Shown one piece after another: positions 36,880-46,839 of a stretch of DNA of 64,000 bases; the first letter of the stretch is position 1; every line of letters begins with the position of its first letter. The DNA is from an uncultured virus (IMG/VR IMGVR_UViG_3300044949_002487) (lineage: Duplodnaviria > Heunggongvirae > Uroviricota > Caudoviricetes): the IMG/VR virus record IMGVR_UViG_3300044949_002487; one strand, 5' to 3'. Under the pieces are notes generated by a model, which did not search any database, had not been told where the DNA came from, and saw only the letters and a list, made by a program, of their open reading frames with translations. Made by a program: the position numbers and the translations under genes.

Positions 36880-37863
36880 ATGGAACTGGTCGATACGCCG
36901 CATGTTTCCGAGTTCACCAAGAAAACGCTGGCGCAGTTTGGCTGGCAGGACGGTGACGCCATTCCGGCCGAATTAGGCCCGATGCTCGTCAAGATCCGCG
37001 AGACGCTGCCGCCCTCACCGCGCACCGACGTGTTAGTGGACGCAGCTCTGGTGCCGCCAGACGCCGTGGATCAGATTAAGCACATGCTTGCCGAGGCGCG
37101 TGTCTTCGCTGCGCAGCGAGACAAGCAACGAGCGGAGAGCGCCTCGCGGAGCAATCTCAACGACGCCGCAAAGCAACTGCTCGCGGCGCTTGGACCTGAA
37201 GACACGCAGCCCGAGATTATCGACGACCGAGAAGAGGTCGCCGCGTCGCCTGTACCGGCACCCGAGCCTGCGCCTGAACCAGCGCCTGAACCGGTTGCTG
37301 CGGATGAGCCGGACGTCGCCGGAAGCGGGCCGATGGCCGTTCTGCCGTTCTGCCCTCGCTGCGGCTGGGACATGCGGCAGAAGTTTGAAATTGTTCCCAC
37401 AGAGCTGGACAAAGAAGACTTCCTGGCGGCCACGTTAGGCGGGACGAAGTTCCAGCGGGACTACGAAATCTTTGGCGGCAAGGTAAAGATCGTCTTCCAC
37501 ACGATCCTGGCCGACGAAAGCAAGCTGATTCATCGGCAGCTCGTTCTGGACCAGGAGTCCAAGAAGATCGTCACCGAGGCCGAGTGGTTCGTCCAGATGC
37601 TGGAATACCGCATGGCGCTCTCTCTGGGCGCGATCGTCGACGCGAAAGGCAAGCCGACGGCGTTGATTCCGGCTTTGGGCGATCTTCCCGCAGTCGATGG
37701 ACAGTCGCCTTTGGAGACCCTGTCAGATTACGTCAACAAGAAAGTACTCGCTCACGAGGTCACTCGGCGGCTGGTCGGATCGCACCTCCGACAGTTTCAG
37801 CGCCTGGTGGAAGCCCTCGAAGCGATGGCGCTCGAACCGTCTTTTTGGAACGGGATCGCCTAG
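36880..37863 (+). CDS. Putative tail assembly chaperone
   Basis: Upstream of the tape measure; CPRC; PEPA linker. Confidence 0.5.
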   Translation: MELVDTPHVSEFTKKTLAQFGWQDGDAIPAELGPMLVKIRETLPPSPRTDVLVDAALVPPDAVDQIKHMLAEARVFAAQRDKQRAESASRSNLNDAAKQLLAALGPEDTQPEIIDDREEVAASPVPAPEPAPEPAPEPVAADEPDVAGSGPMAVLPFCPRCGWDMRQKFEIVPTELDKEDFLAATLGGTKFQRDYEIFGGKVKIVFHTILADESKLIHRQLVLDQESKKIVTEAEWFVQMLEYRMALSLGAIVDAKGKPTALIPALGDLPAVDGQSPLETLSDYVNKKVLAHEVTRRLVGSHLRQFQRLVEALEAMALEPSFWNGIA

Positions 37864-37871
37864 CGGCCTTA

Positions 37872-38261
37872 ATGGTGCGGGCCGCCGCATCGGGAGCGAT
37901 CGATTACTCCCGAGCCGATCCCAAAGATATCTATTGGAGAATTCGACACCGCCTGACCATCAAGGAGATGCAGCGGAGAAATGACGAGGAGCTGTTCCAG
38001 GCCGTCCACCGGCACTGGCTCGCCTTTATCGCCCACGGCCGTCTTACCGAGGAAAGTTACGACGACGTCAGAAAGCGCGTGGACGATGCTCTTTTGAGTT
38101 TGCAGGGCGTTATTTACCCGTGGGTCGAAGTTAACAAACCCGAGGCCGGAGACGAGGGGCAAAAAGATACAATAAAGCCAGAAACACGCGACTTGCTTGA
38201 GCGATACAAGCGTGCGCAAGAACGGCTGCAGCAATTGCGCGAAGAACAGGGACGTTCATGA
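37872..38261 (+). CDS. Second tail chaperone segment (possibly reached by -1 frameshift)
   Basis: The -1 frame is open across the upstream stop; ATG lacks an RBS; overlaps the TMP start. Confidence 0.55.
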   Translation: MVRAAASGAIDYSRADPKDIYWRIRHRLTIKEMQRRNDEELFQAVHRHWLAFIAHGRLTEESYDDVRKRVDDALLSLQGVIYPWVEVNKPEAGDEGQKDTIKPETRDLLERYKRAQERLQQLREEQGRS

Positions 38262-41200
38262 ACGGATTCCGGCCACCCAACTACTCACCGGGCATGAACC
38301 AGGCGCTCATGGACGACCCCATGGCCCTGACCTTCATGATGTTCGGGTCGCCCCTGTTGCAGCAGGCGATGGGGCCGCAGAACTTCGTTCCCCATCTAAC
38401 TCCGGCCCAGGGCCTGTCTGACCAGTTTCTGGCCTCCCGCTACCAGCGAGACCAGATGGCCGCGGCTAGCGGCGCCAACCAGCAGGGGAACGCAGCAGCC
38501 GCCGCGCGGTTTCTGGGGCTACGGGCGTTGGTGACTGATTCCCCGGCCACCCAGCTCAACCGTGAACAGGCGGCCATGTTCGGGCAGGTTGCCAACAACC
38601 CCATTGCCAAGTCGATCGCGGCCATGGCGGTCGGGCCTGAGAATCTCGAGGCCGTCATGTTCGGCCGCAAGGGTGACCCGGGCCAGCTTGCAAACGCCGC
38701 GAACAAAATGAACTTCTTCCGCAAAGACACAATGGGCGGCAGCCGGATGACCGCCCAGTCGATGCAGGAGTTCTCCCAAGGCCTTTATCAGACGCTCTAT
38801 GGTGAGGAAGCCAACGTCGACGAGATGCACGGTTTTATGGCCGGGCAGACAGGCCAGGTTATGGAAAACCTGTTTCAGCGCGGGCAGCTTCCCCAAAGCC
38901 TTGGCGAGCTGTCTCCGGCCGAGCGTGTTCGGGCAATCTCGTCTTCTCAGCGCGATGACCGCACGATGAACCGCCTGGCCGGACAGTTTGGCCACAGCGA
39001 GATGATGAAACAGGAAAGTTACGCCAACGCCACGAGCGAAGAGCAGTCTCGGATGCTCGAGGCGCGCAGGCCCGAGTTCCGCCAGCGCCTCGACAACACG
39101 TTCCAAGAGATTGATCGATTCAATGCTGGTGACAACCGCGCCCGCAGCGCCCAGGACATTGAGTCGATGGAAGGCTACGGCATGGCGGCCCGCAACGTCG
39201 ACTCCCAGCGGGTCGGCAAAGTCGCCAAGGACTACATGGGCGCTCTGGACGCCGTGCGCGAGATCTTTGGCGACAACGGCGCTGGCGACGCTCCGATGTC
39301 GGCCCTGATCGAGGCGCTCGACGAGTTCAGCGCCGGATCGATTGACCGCATGGACCCCAACAAGGTCGAAGGCACGATGCGGCAGATGCGGCTCGTCGCC
39401 CGGGACGCAGGGGTGAACCTTGAGTCCATGGCGATGATTGGCGCTAACGGCACTGCGCTGGGGCAGATGCACGGCACGCCCGCGCATATGCAGATGGCCG
39501 CCAACATGCAGACCATGCAAAACCTGGCCGCCATGCGCAACGAGGGAATGTTCAGCCGCAAGCTGTACGGCGACCTGACAGAAGGCGAGGCGATCCAGGA
39601 GACGCAAAGCCGTATTTACCGCGGGCAGAAGTCTGAGGCCGGGAAGAGCATGGCCGCGCTCAACCGGATGTACCAGCAGAATCAGGAGATGTACGCCGGT
39701 ACTGAGATGGAAGCGGCGATGCGCGCCTACAACGACCCCAGCTCAGGCGGCACGTATGAGTTCGAGGGCCAGCGACGCAACTTGGCCGAGATCGTGGCGC
39801 AGTCCGGCCGCGGCGGCGCACTGGGCATTCTCCAGGCGTCCGGCGGCAACGCGCAAACGTTCAACTCTTTCTATTACGATCCGGCCACTGCCGAGAAGTA
39901 CAGCTCGGGCTTGGAGCTGGAAGCGCAAAAGCGGGAGATGCAGAAGCACTTGGGCAACCAGGTCATCGAAGGCGAGTTGATCGGTCGGATGACTGGCGAC
40001 CGATTCGACGCTATGCGCAACCGGGGTTTCATGGGCATGGGCGCCCAGAGCGAAGAAGACTTCGAGCGCGAACGGAACGACATGGCCCGGGCGCTCAGCC
40101 GCGGCTTTGCCCAAGTAATCGTCGACGAGACGGGCGGCATGTCGAGCGAAGATCGCGCCCGGCATCTCGAGAGCCGCCACGTCGACATGATGGCCCAGTA
40201 TTACGAGTCGCGTGGCGTGCCCCGGCGGCAGGCCCGTCAGCGAGCCGAGCAGGCTAGCCAAGCCATGTTCGGCGAGACTGAAGGCGAGCGCGTCGAGAGT
40301 CTTTCTGGCATTGCAGCGCAGAGCAACGCTTTTGTTACCGCCCGCACGGGGCAGCAGATTACCGCCCACGATCAAATCCACAGCAGCCAAGAGCGCGTCC
40401 GCGAAGACGGCGCTAGGTACGCCGACCAGGCCGAGCGCGAAAAGCGCGTTTCGATGGGCAACAAGTCGAGCTTTCTCCAGCGCACCGGCGAGGTCCTCGA
40501 GAAGATGGGCGCCGACCCCAACTACTCTGGGCAGCAGGCCGCCAAGGACCTGCTCAACGCCCAGGACATCAACCAGATGCGGGAGCGGTACGCCCCCGAG
40601 ATGACCGCCGGAATCGGCGCCGCGCTCGACGCGCACCAGGGCGCACGCAATGACGCTGAGCGATCGCGAGCTGAACGAATTCTTACTGGCATGTACGACG
40701 GCGCCAACGCCAGCGCCCGAGCCGACGGCGTGACAGCACTGGCCGAGCAAGCCTTCGGTCGCGGCACGGGGCGCAACGCCGATATGCTGCGGCAGTATGT
40801 CGCCGGTGAGGGTGGCGTGACCGCTGAGCAGCTTTCCGGCCGCTTGGGCCGTCGCCAGCGCGAGCAAGTTATGGCGCAGGCCGACGCGCTGCGCGCGGCG
40901 CGGGCCGCGGACCTGTCAGGCGCGGGCTTCAGCGCCGCCGACGCTATTTCTTCACGCAATCCAGTCGAGGAGGCGGCAGCAGCCGACCAGCTTAACACCG
41001 TGGGTGCCGCAGGTGAACCAGCCGCCGCCGTGAATCAGGCCACGGCGTTCAACCGCGCCGACCAGCTCGTCGATCCTGACCAGGCCTCGCTTTTCCAGGC
41101 GATGATGGCGGCGCAAGAGACGGGCGAGCCGCAATTAGTCGGTGGAGTTGTCAGCGCAGCTATGACCGGCGTGAGCGCAGCATCTGCAGCTGCGGCAGTC

Positions 41201-41968
41201 TACGGCAGCGCGAGTGACGGCCTCGCGGCAATGCGCGGAGAAGACATCAATGAAGGACAGGCTGCGGCGAGCGCAGTTCGAACCGCAGTCGAGGCCGCCG
41301 ATGCGACGTCGTCAGTAGCAAACGGCGCCTCCCGCGCTGCGCAGATTTTGTCTGGCTCTGCTACAACGGCTGTCGGTCGTGGCGCAAGCTCGGTTAGCAG
41401 ATTTCTTGCGCCCGTCAGTAAAGTCGCGCCGTGGCTGTCTCCGTTGCTTGGCGGCGTGGCTGGCGCATTTGACGGCGCGGAAAACGGCCGCGGAGCCGTT
41501 GAGGGCGGCGTCCTGGGCGTGCTCACAGGCGACGCGTCGAGCGGCAGCGTAATGAGCGGCATGCTCGGAGTTGAAGAAGGCTCAGCTGGAGACAAAACAC
41601 TCGGCATGCTCGGCGCGGCAGGCGGCGGAGCAATGACTGGCGCGGCGCTTGGAAGCATTATTCCAGGCGTTGGTACGGCCGTTGGCGCCGCGGTTGGCGG
41701 CGTGCTTGGATTGGGCGCCGAGGCGTACAAGATCTTCACGGAAGAAGACCCGGCGGCAACGGCAGCAACGGCGGCAGTTCAGCAAACAGTCGACGCCACA
41801 CAGGCCGACCGCCCACCTCCGCAGCAAGCCGCTTCCGCTGAACGTGGCGGCGAACTCTCGATTAATGGCGTGCTGTCGCTCCGCGGTCTGCAGGAAGCCA
41901 TGCTTAGCGCAACGGGCAACCGCCCGATGGAAACACCGGAGGGCGGCGTCCCGGTGATGGGAACATAA
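38258..41968 (+). CDS. Tape measure protein
   Basis: 1236 aa, Ala/Gln/Met-rich helical protein with C-terminal glycine zippers; synteny. Confidence 0.7.
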   Translation: MNGFRPPNYSPGMNQALMDDPMALTFMMFGSPLLQQAMGPQNFVPHLTPAQGLSDQFLASRYQRDQMAAASGANQQGNAAAAARFLGLRALVTDSPATQLNREQAAMFGQVANNPIAKSIAAMAVGPENLEAVMFGRKGDPGQLANAANKMNFFRKDTMGGSRMTAQSMQEFSQGLYQTLYGEEANVDEMHGFMAGQTGQVMENLFQRGQLPQSLGELSPAERVRAISSSQRDDRTMNRLAGQFGHSEMMKQESYANATSEEQSRMLEARRPEFRQRLDNTFQEIDRFNAGDNRARSAQDIESMEGYGMAARNVDSQRVGKVAKDYMGALDAVREIFGDNGAGDAPMSALIEALDEFSAGSIDRMDPNKVEGTMRQMRLVARDAGVNLESMAMIGANGTALGQMHGTPAHMQMAANMQTMQNLAAMRNEGMFSRKLYGDLTEGEAIQETQSRIYRGQKSEAGKSMAALNRMYQQNQEMYAGTEMEAAMRAYNDPSSGGTYEFEGQRRNLAEIVAQSGRGGALGILQASGGNAQTFNSFYYDPATAEKYSSGLELEAQKREMQKHLGNQVIEGELIGRMTGDRFDAMRNRGFMGMGAQSEEDFERERNDMARALSRGFAQVIVDETGGMSSEDRARHLESRHVDMMAQYYESRGVPRRQARQRAEQASQAMFGETEGERVESLSGIAAQSNAFVTARTGQQITAHDQIHSSQERVREDGARYADQAEREKRVSMGNKSSFLQRTGEVLEKMGADPNYSGQQAAKDLLNAQDINQMRERYAPEMTAGIGAALDAHQGARNDAERSRAERILTGMYDGANASARADGVTALAEQAFGRGTGRNADMLRQYVAGEGGVTAEQLSGRLGRRQREQVMAQADALRAARAADLSGAGFSAADAISSRNPVEEAAAADQLNTVGAAGEPAAAVNQATAFNRADQLVDPDQASLFQAMMAAQETGEPQLVGGVVSAAMTGVSAASAAAAVYGSASDGLAAMRGEDINEGQAAASAVRTAVEAADATSSVANGASRAAQILSGSATTAVGRGASSVSRFLAPVSKVAPWLSPLLGGVAGAFDGAENGRGAVEGGVLGVLTGDASSGSVMSGMLGVEEGSAGDKTLGMLGAAGGGAMTGAALGSIIPGVGTAVGAAVGGVLGLGAEAYKIFTEEDPAATAATAAVQQTVDATQADRPPPQQAASAERGGELSINGVLSLRGLQEAMLSATGNRPMETPEGGVPVMGT

Positions 41969-41970
41969 TT

Positions 41971-42522
41971 ATGTCCAGTCTTTTGTTTAAACAGTGCGAC
42001 GGTATCGTCACTCGTCTTTCGACGAAGTGCAACGACGACAGCGTGCTTTTTCGTATCAAACTGGACGGTACGCAGATATGGTTGCCGGTCACCGGTTTTG
42101 CGCTGGAGCTGGGCGGTAACTACCAGTTTCTTCACACGGTAAGCGACTTCATTTATTTCTACGCGTTTGGTGATCGTGTGGGCGAATTGAATGTCACGGG
42201 TATGGCGTTCATTAAACGCTCCTGCCGTTCTGACGATTTTGCAGTTGATGTTGGCGTGTGGAACGGCGGTATCTGGGACGACAACTCGTCGGGCTGGTCA
42301 ACCAACAGTGTGGGCTTTGGGCAGTCCGTTGACGATATTCAAAACCTATACGACTTGTATGAGCGCTTTCAGATTTCTAAAAAACCAAAAGCAATTGAGG
42401 TTGGGTTTGGGAACGTGCAGGCGTTTTATGGATTTCTTACCGGCATGCGCGTTGAGATTTCCCGCCCGGATATTCCCGTAGCGCAGTACGTGCTCCGCAT
42501 TCACGTTATTCCGAAGAACTGA
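41971..42522 (+). CDS. Tube-like baseplate/tube-initiator protein
   Basis: Follows the TMP; FIYFYAFGDRVGELNVTG. Confidence 0.45.
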   Translation: MSSLLFKQCDGIVTRLSTKCNDDSVLFRIKLDGTQIWLPVTGFALELGGNYQFLHTVSDFIYFYAFGDRVGELNVTGMAFIKRSCRSDDFAVDVGVWNGGIWDDNSSGWSTNSVGFGQSVDDIQNLYDLYERFQISKKPKAIEVGFGNVQAFYGFLTGMRVEISRPDIPVAQYVLRIHVIPKN

Positions 42523-42528
42523 TCTGTC

Positions 42529-43353
42529 ATGATTAACCACGCCCGCACACTCCTGATGAATGTTTCCAGCGCTAGCAACCAGCGCCAGGAAATCGGCGAG
42601 GAGTACATTCCGGCAAACTACGCACCACTGACGCTGCCCTCGTATCTGCAGAGCGCGCGGCGAATTCTTTTTGGCACGGCCCCTGATCGCTACTTCCTGA
42701 ACTTTCGGGTCCGGGAACTGATGGCGCACCTGCATCAAACCGAGCTGGCAGAATTTGTTTACGCGCTTGATCCCCGCGTGACTTATTGGCCCGAAGTCGA
42801 CCGACCGTTTTACGACACAGAAAAAAGACTGGTCGCTACGCAGTATTTCGGCCTGGACGCGCAACCGCCCTATTTCCGGGGCGACCTGTTTGCTGACAAC
42901 ACCAGAGGCCGGAGCGTGCGCGAGTTCACGCTGCGAGTTACGGAAGCCGAAGGGGACTGGGAAGCGATCCTTGCGCCGCTGGGTCGCACCGGCGGTGTTG
43001 TCACTACGCCGCTGACGTTTACAGACGGGCTTTCGCAGCTGGTGCCGCTAGAAAACACCGGCGTGTCGGTGCAGATTCCCCTGCCCACGATGACGACAGA
43101 TTGGACGATTTACACCCGCGTGCGCCCAGGCCCTGTGCTCACCACGGCTATGCCAATTCTGGAAGTGCTCGGCGAGCCGCTGTTCTTGGAGCTGTTTGGC
43201 GTCGGCATTGGCAGCGAGCCGTTTGCCACATTCAAAGCGCTCTGGTTCGATCACCCAAACCCTATTTACCGGCTGGGCGGGCTGACTTTAGCTACGATTT
43301 ACCGCACCAATGAAATCTTAAAGACCGGCGCAAAGACAGAGGTCGCGGCATAA
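42529..43353 (+). CDS. Hypothetical baseplate-region protein
   Basis: Operon-packed ORF. Confidence 0.7.
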   Translation: MINHARTLLMNVSSASNQRQEIGEEYIPANYAPLTLPSYLQSARRILFGTAPDRYFLNFRVRELMAHLHQTELAEFVYALDPRVTYWPEVDRPFYDTEKRLVATQYFGLDAQPPYFRGDLFADNTRGRSVREFTLRVTEAEGDWEAILAPLGRTGGVVTTPLTFTDGLSQLVPLENTGVSVQIPLPTMTTDWTIYTRVRPGPVLTTAMPILEVLGEPLFLELFGVGIGSEPFATFKALWFDHPNPIYRLGGLTLATIYRTNEILKTGAKTEVAA

Positions 43354-43354
43354 C

Positions 43355-45067
43355 ATGGCGTTCAGCACACCCTACGTCTATTCAAAGTTCAAGCTCAGCG
43401 CCAAGATCGGCGACGTCGAGTTTCCAGACATCATTTCTTTTTCGGCGACATTTGGGCTGAACTCGATCCCTGCCGCGTCGATGGTGGTGGCCACCGGAAA
43501 ACGTGTGGACACAAATGAAGAAGCCACGATTCACCGCGTCAAGAATCAGCTACGCCCACGGGACCGCGCCACGGTAACGCTGACTATTGAAACCACTGAC
43601 GGGCAAAGAGACAAAATGCCCGCCGGAACGTTCGTAATCTTTGAGGGGTTTTACGTCGGCATCGGTTATCAGCGCTCGTTCAACTCGTCAAACTACACAC
43701 TCAATTTGATTCACTGGCTCGACGATCTAAACAACTCGTCGATGCTCAACGGCAATTGGCAACCCGGCGCACCGTACGACCTGGCGCAGAATGCCGCGTA
43801 CTACATCGCCGACCCGGACGCAGGTGCTGGCGGCGGTCGTTGGTCAACCGTCCCGGGAATCGACCCAGACGGCAGGCTTATTACGCCGACCAACATTCGC
43901 GAGGACATGTGGAAAAAGGTTTTGCGTCCTGCCTTTGAGGCCATCGCGCGTTTCCCGTCGCCGCGGTATCAGACCGAAGCAGGCGGCGAGATCAACGACG
44001 CGGCCCTGGCGGCGCTGGCCCGCATGCCCGGCAATATTGGAGAGCAGTACTACCGGCCACTCGCGCTCGACATTGAGGGCCTTGATTCCAACAACATCCA
44101 GTATGCGGTCCAGATGGCGATCAGCAAGGAGGCGCTCGAGTCGTTTGCCTACACGACGTACTGGAGCAAGCTGATTGGCGAGTACGCCTCGCAGTTCTTT
44201 TTTGCCATCGCGCCAAGCGTCGAGTTCGCGCTGCCGGTGCCGTTCTTTGCGGGGCTGAAACAGGAATACATTACGATCTACGCCGACGAGTACGGCTATG
44301 CGAACTTCAACGCAAATATGTCGCAGCTGCTTGAGTCAGTAGATATCTTTTACTCCCAGCAGCCGTCCTTCACGAACTACCAGCTTGGCGGTCCGACCTC
44401 CCCGCCGCCCAGTCTCCAGGCGCCGTTGGGCTACTACCCGCTGCAGGCGAACCAAGACCGCCGCGGGCTGAAGCTCCTGAAAGAAGCGCCGGGCTGGATG
44501 GCGAACTTCGTGCCCGACGCCGTATTCACCGGGCGGACCACGGGCACCACGGCGCGGCAAGTCGGCGACACGATGGCGCCGCAAGAGGGCGAGTCAGCCC
44601 CGCCGCCTGATTGGCTGGTGCCGCATGACGCTCTCCGCGAGCAGCAGGAGAGCCGCGCGCTAACTCGCTACGCCGAGCATTGGTACAAGACCGAGCTGCT
44701 CAGCCAGCGGTACGGCGAGATGTCCGGCAAGCTGCGGTTCGACATCGCTCCAGGCAGCATCGTCCGAATCGAGGTTCCGCCGCGCGATCAGCGGCCCGGC
44801 GGCTGGTTCGTCGGTCCGCCAGACGACTCGATGTACGCGACAGTGACTCAAGTGTCGTTCGTTATCAATTCCGAGAAAGCCACGGCAGGGACAAGCTTCG
44901 CCCTGGCGCACATTCGCACGCACGAAGAAAACGAGACGCGCACCATTACGAACTGCGAGACGTGCGGCAGCCCCGACCGGCCGCCGATGTACGAACAGCC
45001 CTGGCGCGGCGCGCCGCTGGCAGTGCAGCAAGGCGGCGGCGGTATTCTTGGTTTCTTTGGATTCTGA
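43355..45067 (+). CDS. Putative baseplate hub (gp27/gpD-like)
   Basis: C-terminal GKLRFDIAPGSIVRI…YATVTQVSFVI resembles a hub beta-barrel. Confidence 0.55.
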   Translation: MAFSTPYVYSKFKLSAKIGDVEFPDIISFSATFGLNSIPAASMVVATGKRVDTNEEATIHRVKNQLRPRDRATVTLTIETTDGQRDKMPAGTFVIFEGFYVGIGYQRSFNSSNYTLNLIHWLDDLNNSSMLNGNWQPGAPYDLAQNAAYYIADPDAGAGGGRWSTVPGIDPDGRLITPTNIREDMWKKVLRPAFEAIARFPSPRYQTEAGGEINDAALAALARMPGNIGEQYYRPLALDIEGLDSNNIQYAVQMAISKEALESFAYTTYWSKLIGEYASQFFFAIAPSVEFALPVPFFAGLKQEYITIYADEYGYANFNANMSQLLESVDIFYSQQPSFTNYQLGGPTSPPPSLQAPLGYYPLQANQDRRGLKLLKEAPGWMANFVPDAVFTGRTTGTTARQVGDTMAPQEGESAPPPDWLVPHDALREQQESRALTRYAEHWYKTELLSQRYGEMSGKLRFDIAPGSIVRIEVPPRDQRPGGWFVGPPDDSMYATVTQVSFVINSEKATAGTSFALAHIRTHEENETRTITNCETCGSPDRPPMYEQPWRGAPLAVQQGGGGILGFFGF

Positions 45068-45076
45068 GGTTGAATC

Positions 45077-45889
45077 ATGCCCAAAGACAAACTTAACGGT
45101 ATGCCCTCTATCCTGGGCGACATCGACCCGCCGTTCTCTAAGCCGAAAAACCCGACCGGCGTGGGCGAAGAGTTCAACTCGGTCTACCAACAGTGGCAGA
45201 CGACTCGCACGCCGGAGGTGAACACGCGCCTGCTCTCAACCGTGCAGCCGGTCATCGACACGGCTGTGTCTAGCTACGCCGCGAACAATCCCAGTCCGAC
45301 GATCAAAACCCGCGCCAGGTTAATGGCTCTGAAGGCCATGGAGTCGTACGACCCCAAGAAGGGAAACGTGCGGACGCACCTGCTCAGCCAGCTCCAGAGC
45401 CTGCGCCGCCTGTCGGCCCAGGAACAAAACATTATCTCGGTGCCTGAACAAGTGGGCCTTGATTTCCAGCGATTGTCGGAAAGCGAGAACGAGCTGCGCG
45501 ACCGCCTGGGCCGCGACCCAACAGACGACGAGCTGTCTGATCACACAAATCTCTCGACTCGACGAATCAAGAAGATCCGCGCGTTCCACCAGCCCATCCC
45601 CGAGAGCGCCACAATCCTCGAGAACGACGATGAGAGCCAGGACGGCGGCGTGGCAAGCACGATCCCCGGCGCCAACCGCGGCGCTGACGCCTGGATGAAC
45701 TTTGTTTACGACGATCTCGGCCCGACCGACAAGCTCATCATGGACATGACCCTGGGCCGCAACGGCCGCCGGACGGCCAGCACTCAGGAGATTGCCAAGA
45801 AACTGAACATTACGCCGGGCGCCGTCAGCCAGCGCGCCGCCAAAATTCAGGTCATGCTCGACAAGCGCTACAGCCAGGGAGGCTTCTAA
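45077..45889 (+). CDS. Sigma70-family RNA polymerase sigma factor (regions 2-3-4)
   Basis: LKAMESYDPKKG (2.2-2.3), LGRDPTDDELS (3), STQEIAKKLNITPGAVSQ (4.2 HTH). Confidence 0.88.
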   Translation: MPKDKLNGMPSILGDIDPPFSKPKNPTGVGEEFNSVYQQWQTTRTPEVNTRLLSTVQPVIDTAVSSYAANNPSPTIKTRARLMALKAMESYDPKKGNVRTHLLSQLQSLRRLSAQEQNIISVPEQVGLDFQRLSESENELRDRLGRDPTDDELSDHTNLSTRRIKKIRAFHQPIPESATILENDDESQDGGVASTIPGANRGADAWMNFVYDDLGPTDKLIMDMTLGRNGRRTASTQEIAKKLNITPGAVSQRAAKIQVMLDKRYSQGGF

Positions 45890-45891
45890 AC

Positions 45892-46359
45892 ATGGGACAC
45901 GGTACCAGCCGCGGGCAAATCGACCCGAACTACGAGAAGCGCATTGACGGCCTGGAACAGGCAGCGCAAAAGATGTCAGAGCAGTTCAAGACGCAGCAAG
46001 AGCCCCGGCCGTGGCACACGCCCGAGGAGATCAAGGATCGCGACCTGCTCGACGTGCCCAGCCTCCATAACCCGTGCTGGGATCGTAACAACATCAATCA
46101 GCTGTACTCTGAGACTATCCTTGGCGGCCCGGGACAGCAGGGCGGCAATTCAGGCGACCTGATCGCCATGAAGTGGCAGGCGGATTTTATGGCCGCTGAA
46201 GAGCGCGCTTTTCGGATGCGCCACGCTTCTCTGGTGCGCTGCGCCGCGTTAATGCACGGGCGTATTAAAGGCCACGGCGTACAGGGCAAGAGCGTGTTTT
46301 CGTTTTTCAAGCAGGCCGTAGAAAATACGATCAGCGTCGGCCGCGCCCACGGAGCGTAA
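45892..46359 (+). CDS. Hypothetical protein
   Basis: GGAGG RBS; operon-packed. Confidence 0.7.
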   Translation: MGHGTSRGQIDPNYEKRIDGLEQAAQKMSEQFKTQQEPRPWHTPEEIKDRDLLDVPSLHNPCWDRNNINQLYSETILGGPGQQGGNSGDLIAMKWQADFMAAEERAFRMRHASLVRCAALMHGRIKGHGVQGKSVFSFFKQAVENTISVGRAHGA

Positions 46360-46362
46360 CAC

Positions 46363-46839
46363 ATGGCTCTCAAAGACTTCGTTAACCGCAAGTACGATTA
46401 CCTCGCTTTCCAGCCGGTCGCTGACCGGCGGGACGGGTTGAAAGACTTGGCGCTCTACGACGATCGCAGCAGCGGCAAGATCTGCACCGGTGCCCAGAAA
46501 CTGGCGCAGCGCTGGGCGCTAGAGTTCCTTACTGAGCGCGGCTCGATGCCGTACCTGCCCGAGCGGGGCTGCGATTTCATGACGCAGATTCGCCAAGGGC
46601 GCGTACGCACGCAAAACGACATCATTGCCAACTTCACGTCGGCCAGCCTGGCAATTACCAGCAACCTTCGTCAGGAAGAGTACGAAGGCATGCCAGACGA
46701 AGAGCGCTTTGAGCGGGCTTTATTGGCAAATGTAATTCTGCACCCCGGTTATGCCGACCTGCGTGTTATCATCGTGAGTCGCGCGGGCATAAGCCGAACC
46801 GTCATTTTCCCAATTGAAACATTGCCGCAGGTGTCCTGA
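46363..46839 (+). CDS. Baseplate wedge gp25-like protein
   Basis: GAQKLAQR…FLTERGSMPYLPERGCDF resembles the gp25/gpW motif. Confidence 0.7.
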   Translation: MALKDFVNRKYDYLAFQPVADRRDGLKDLALYDDRSSGKICTGAQKLAQRWALEFLTERGSMPYLPERGCDFMTQIRQGRVRTQNDIIANFTSASLAITSNLRQEEYEGMPDEERFERALLANVILHPGYADLRVIIVSRAGISRTVIFPIETLPQVS

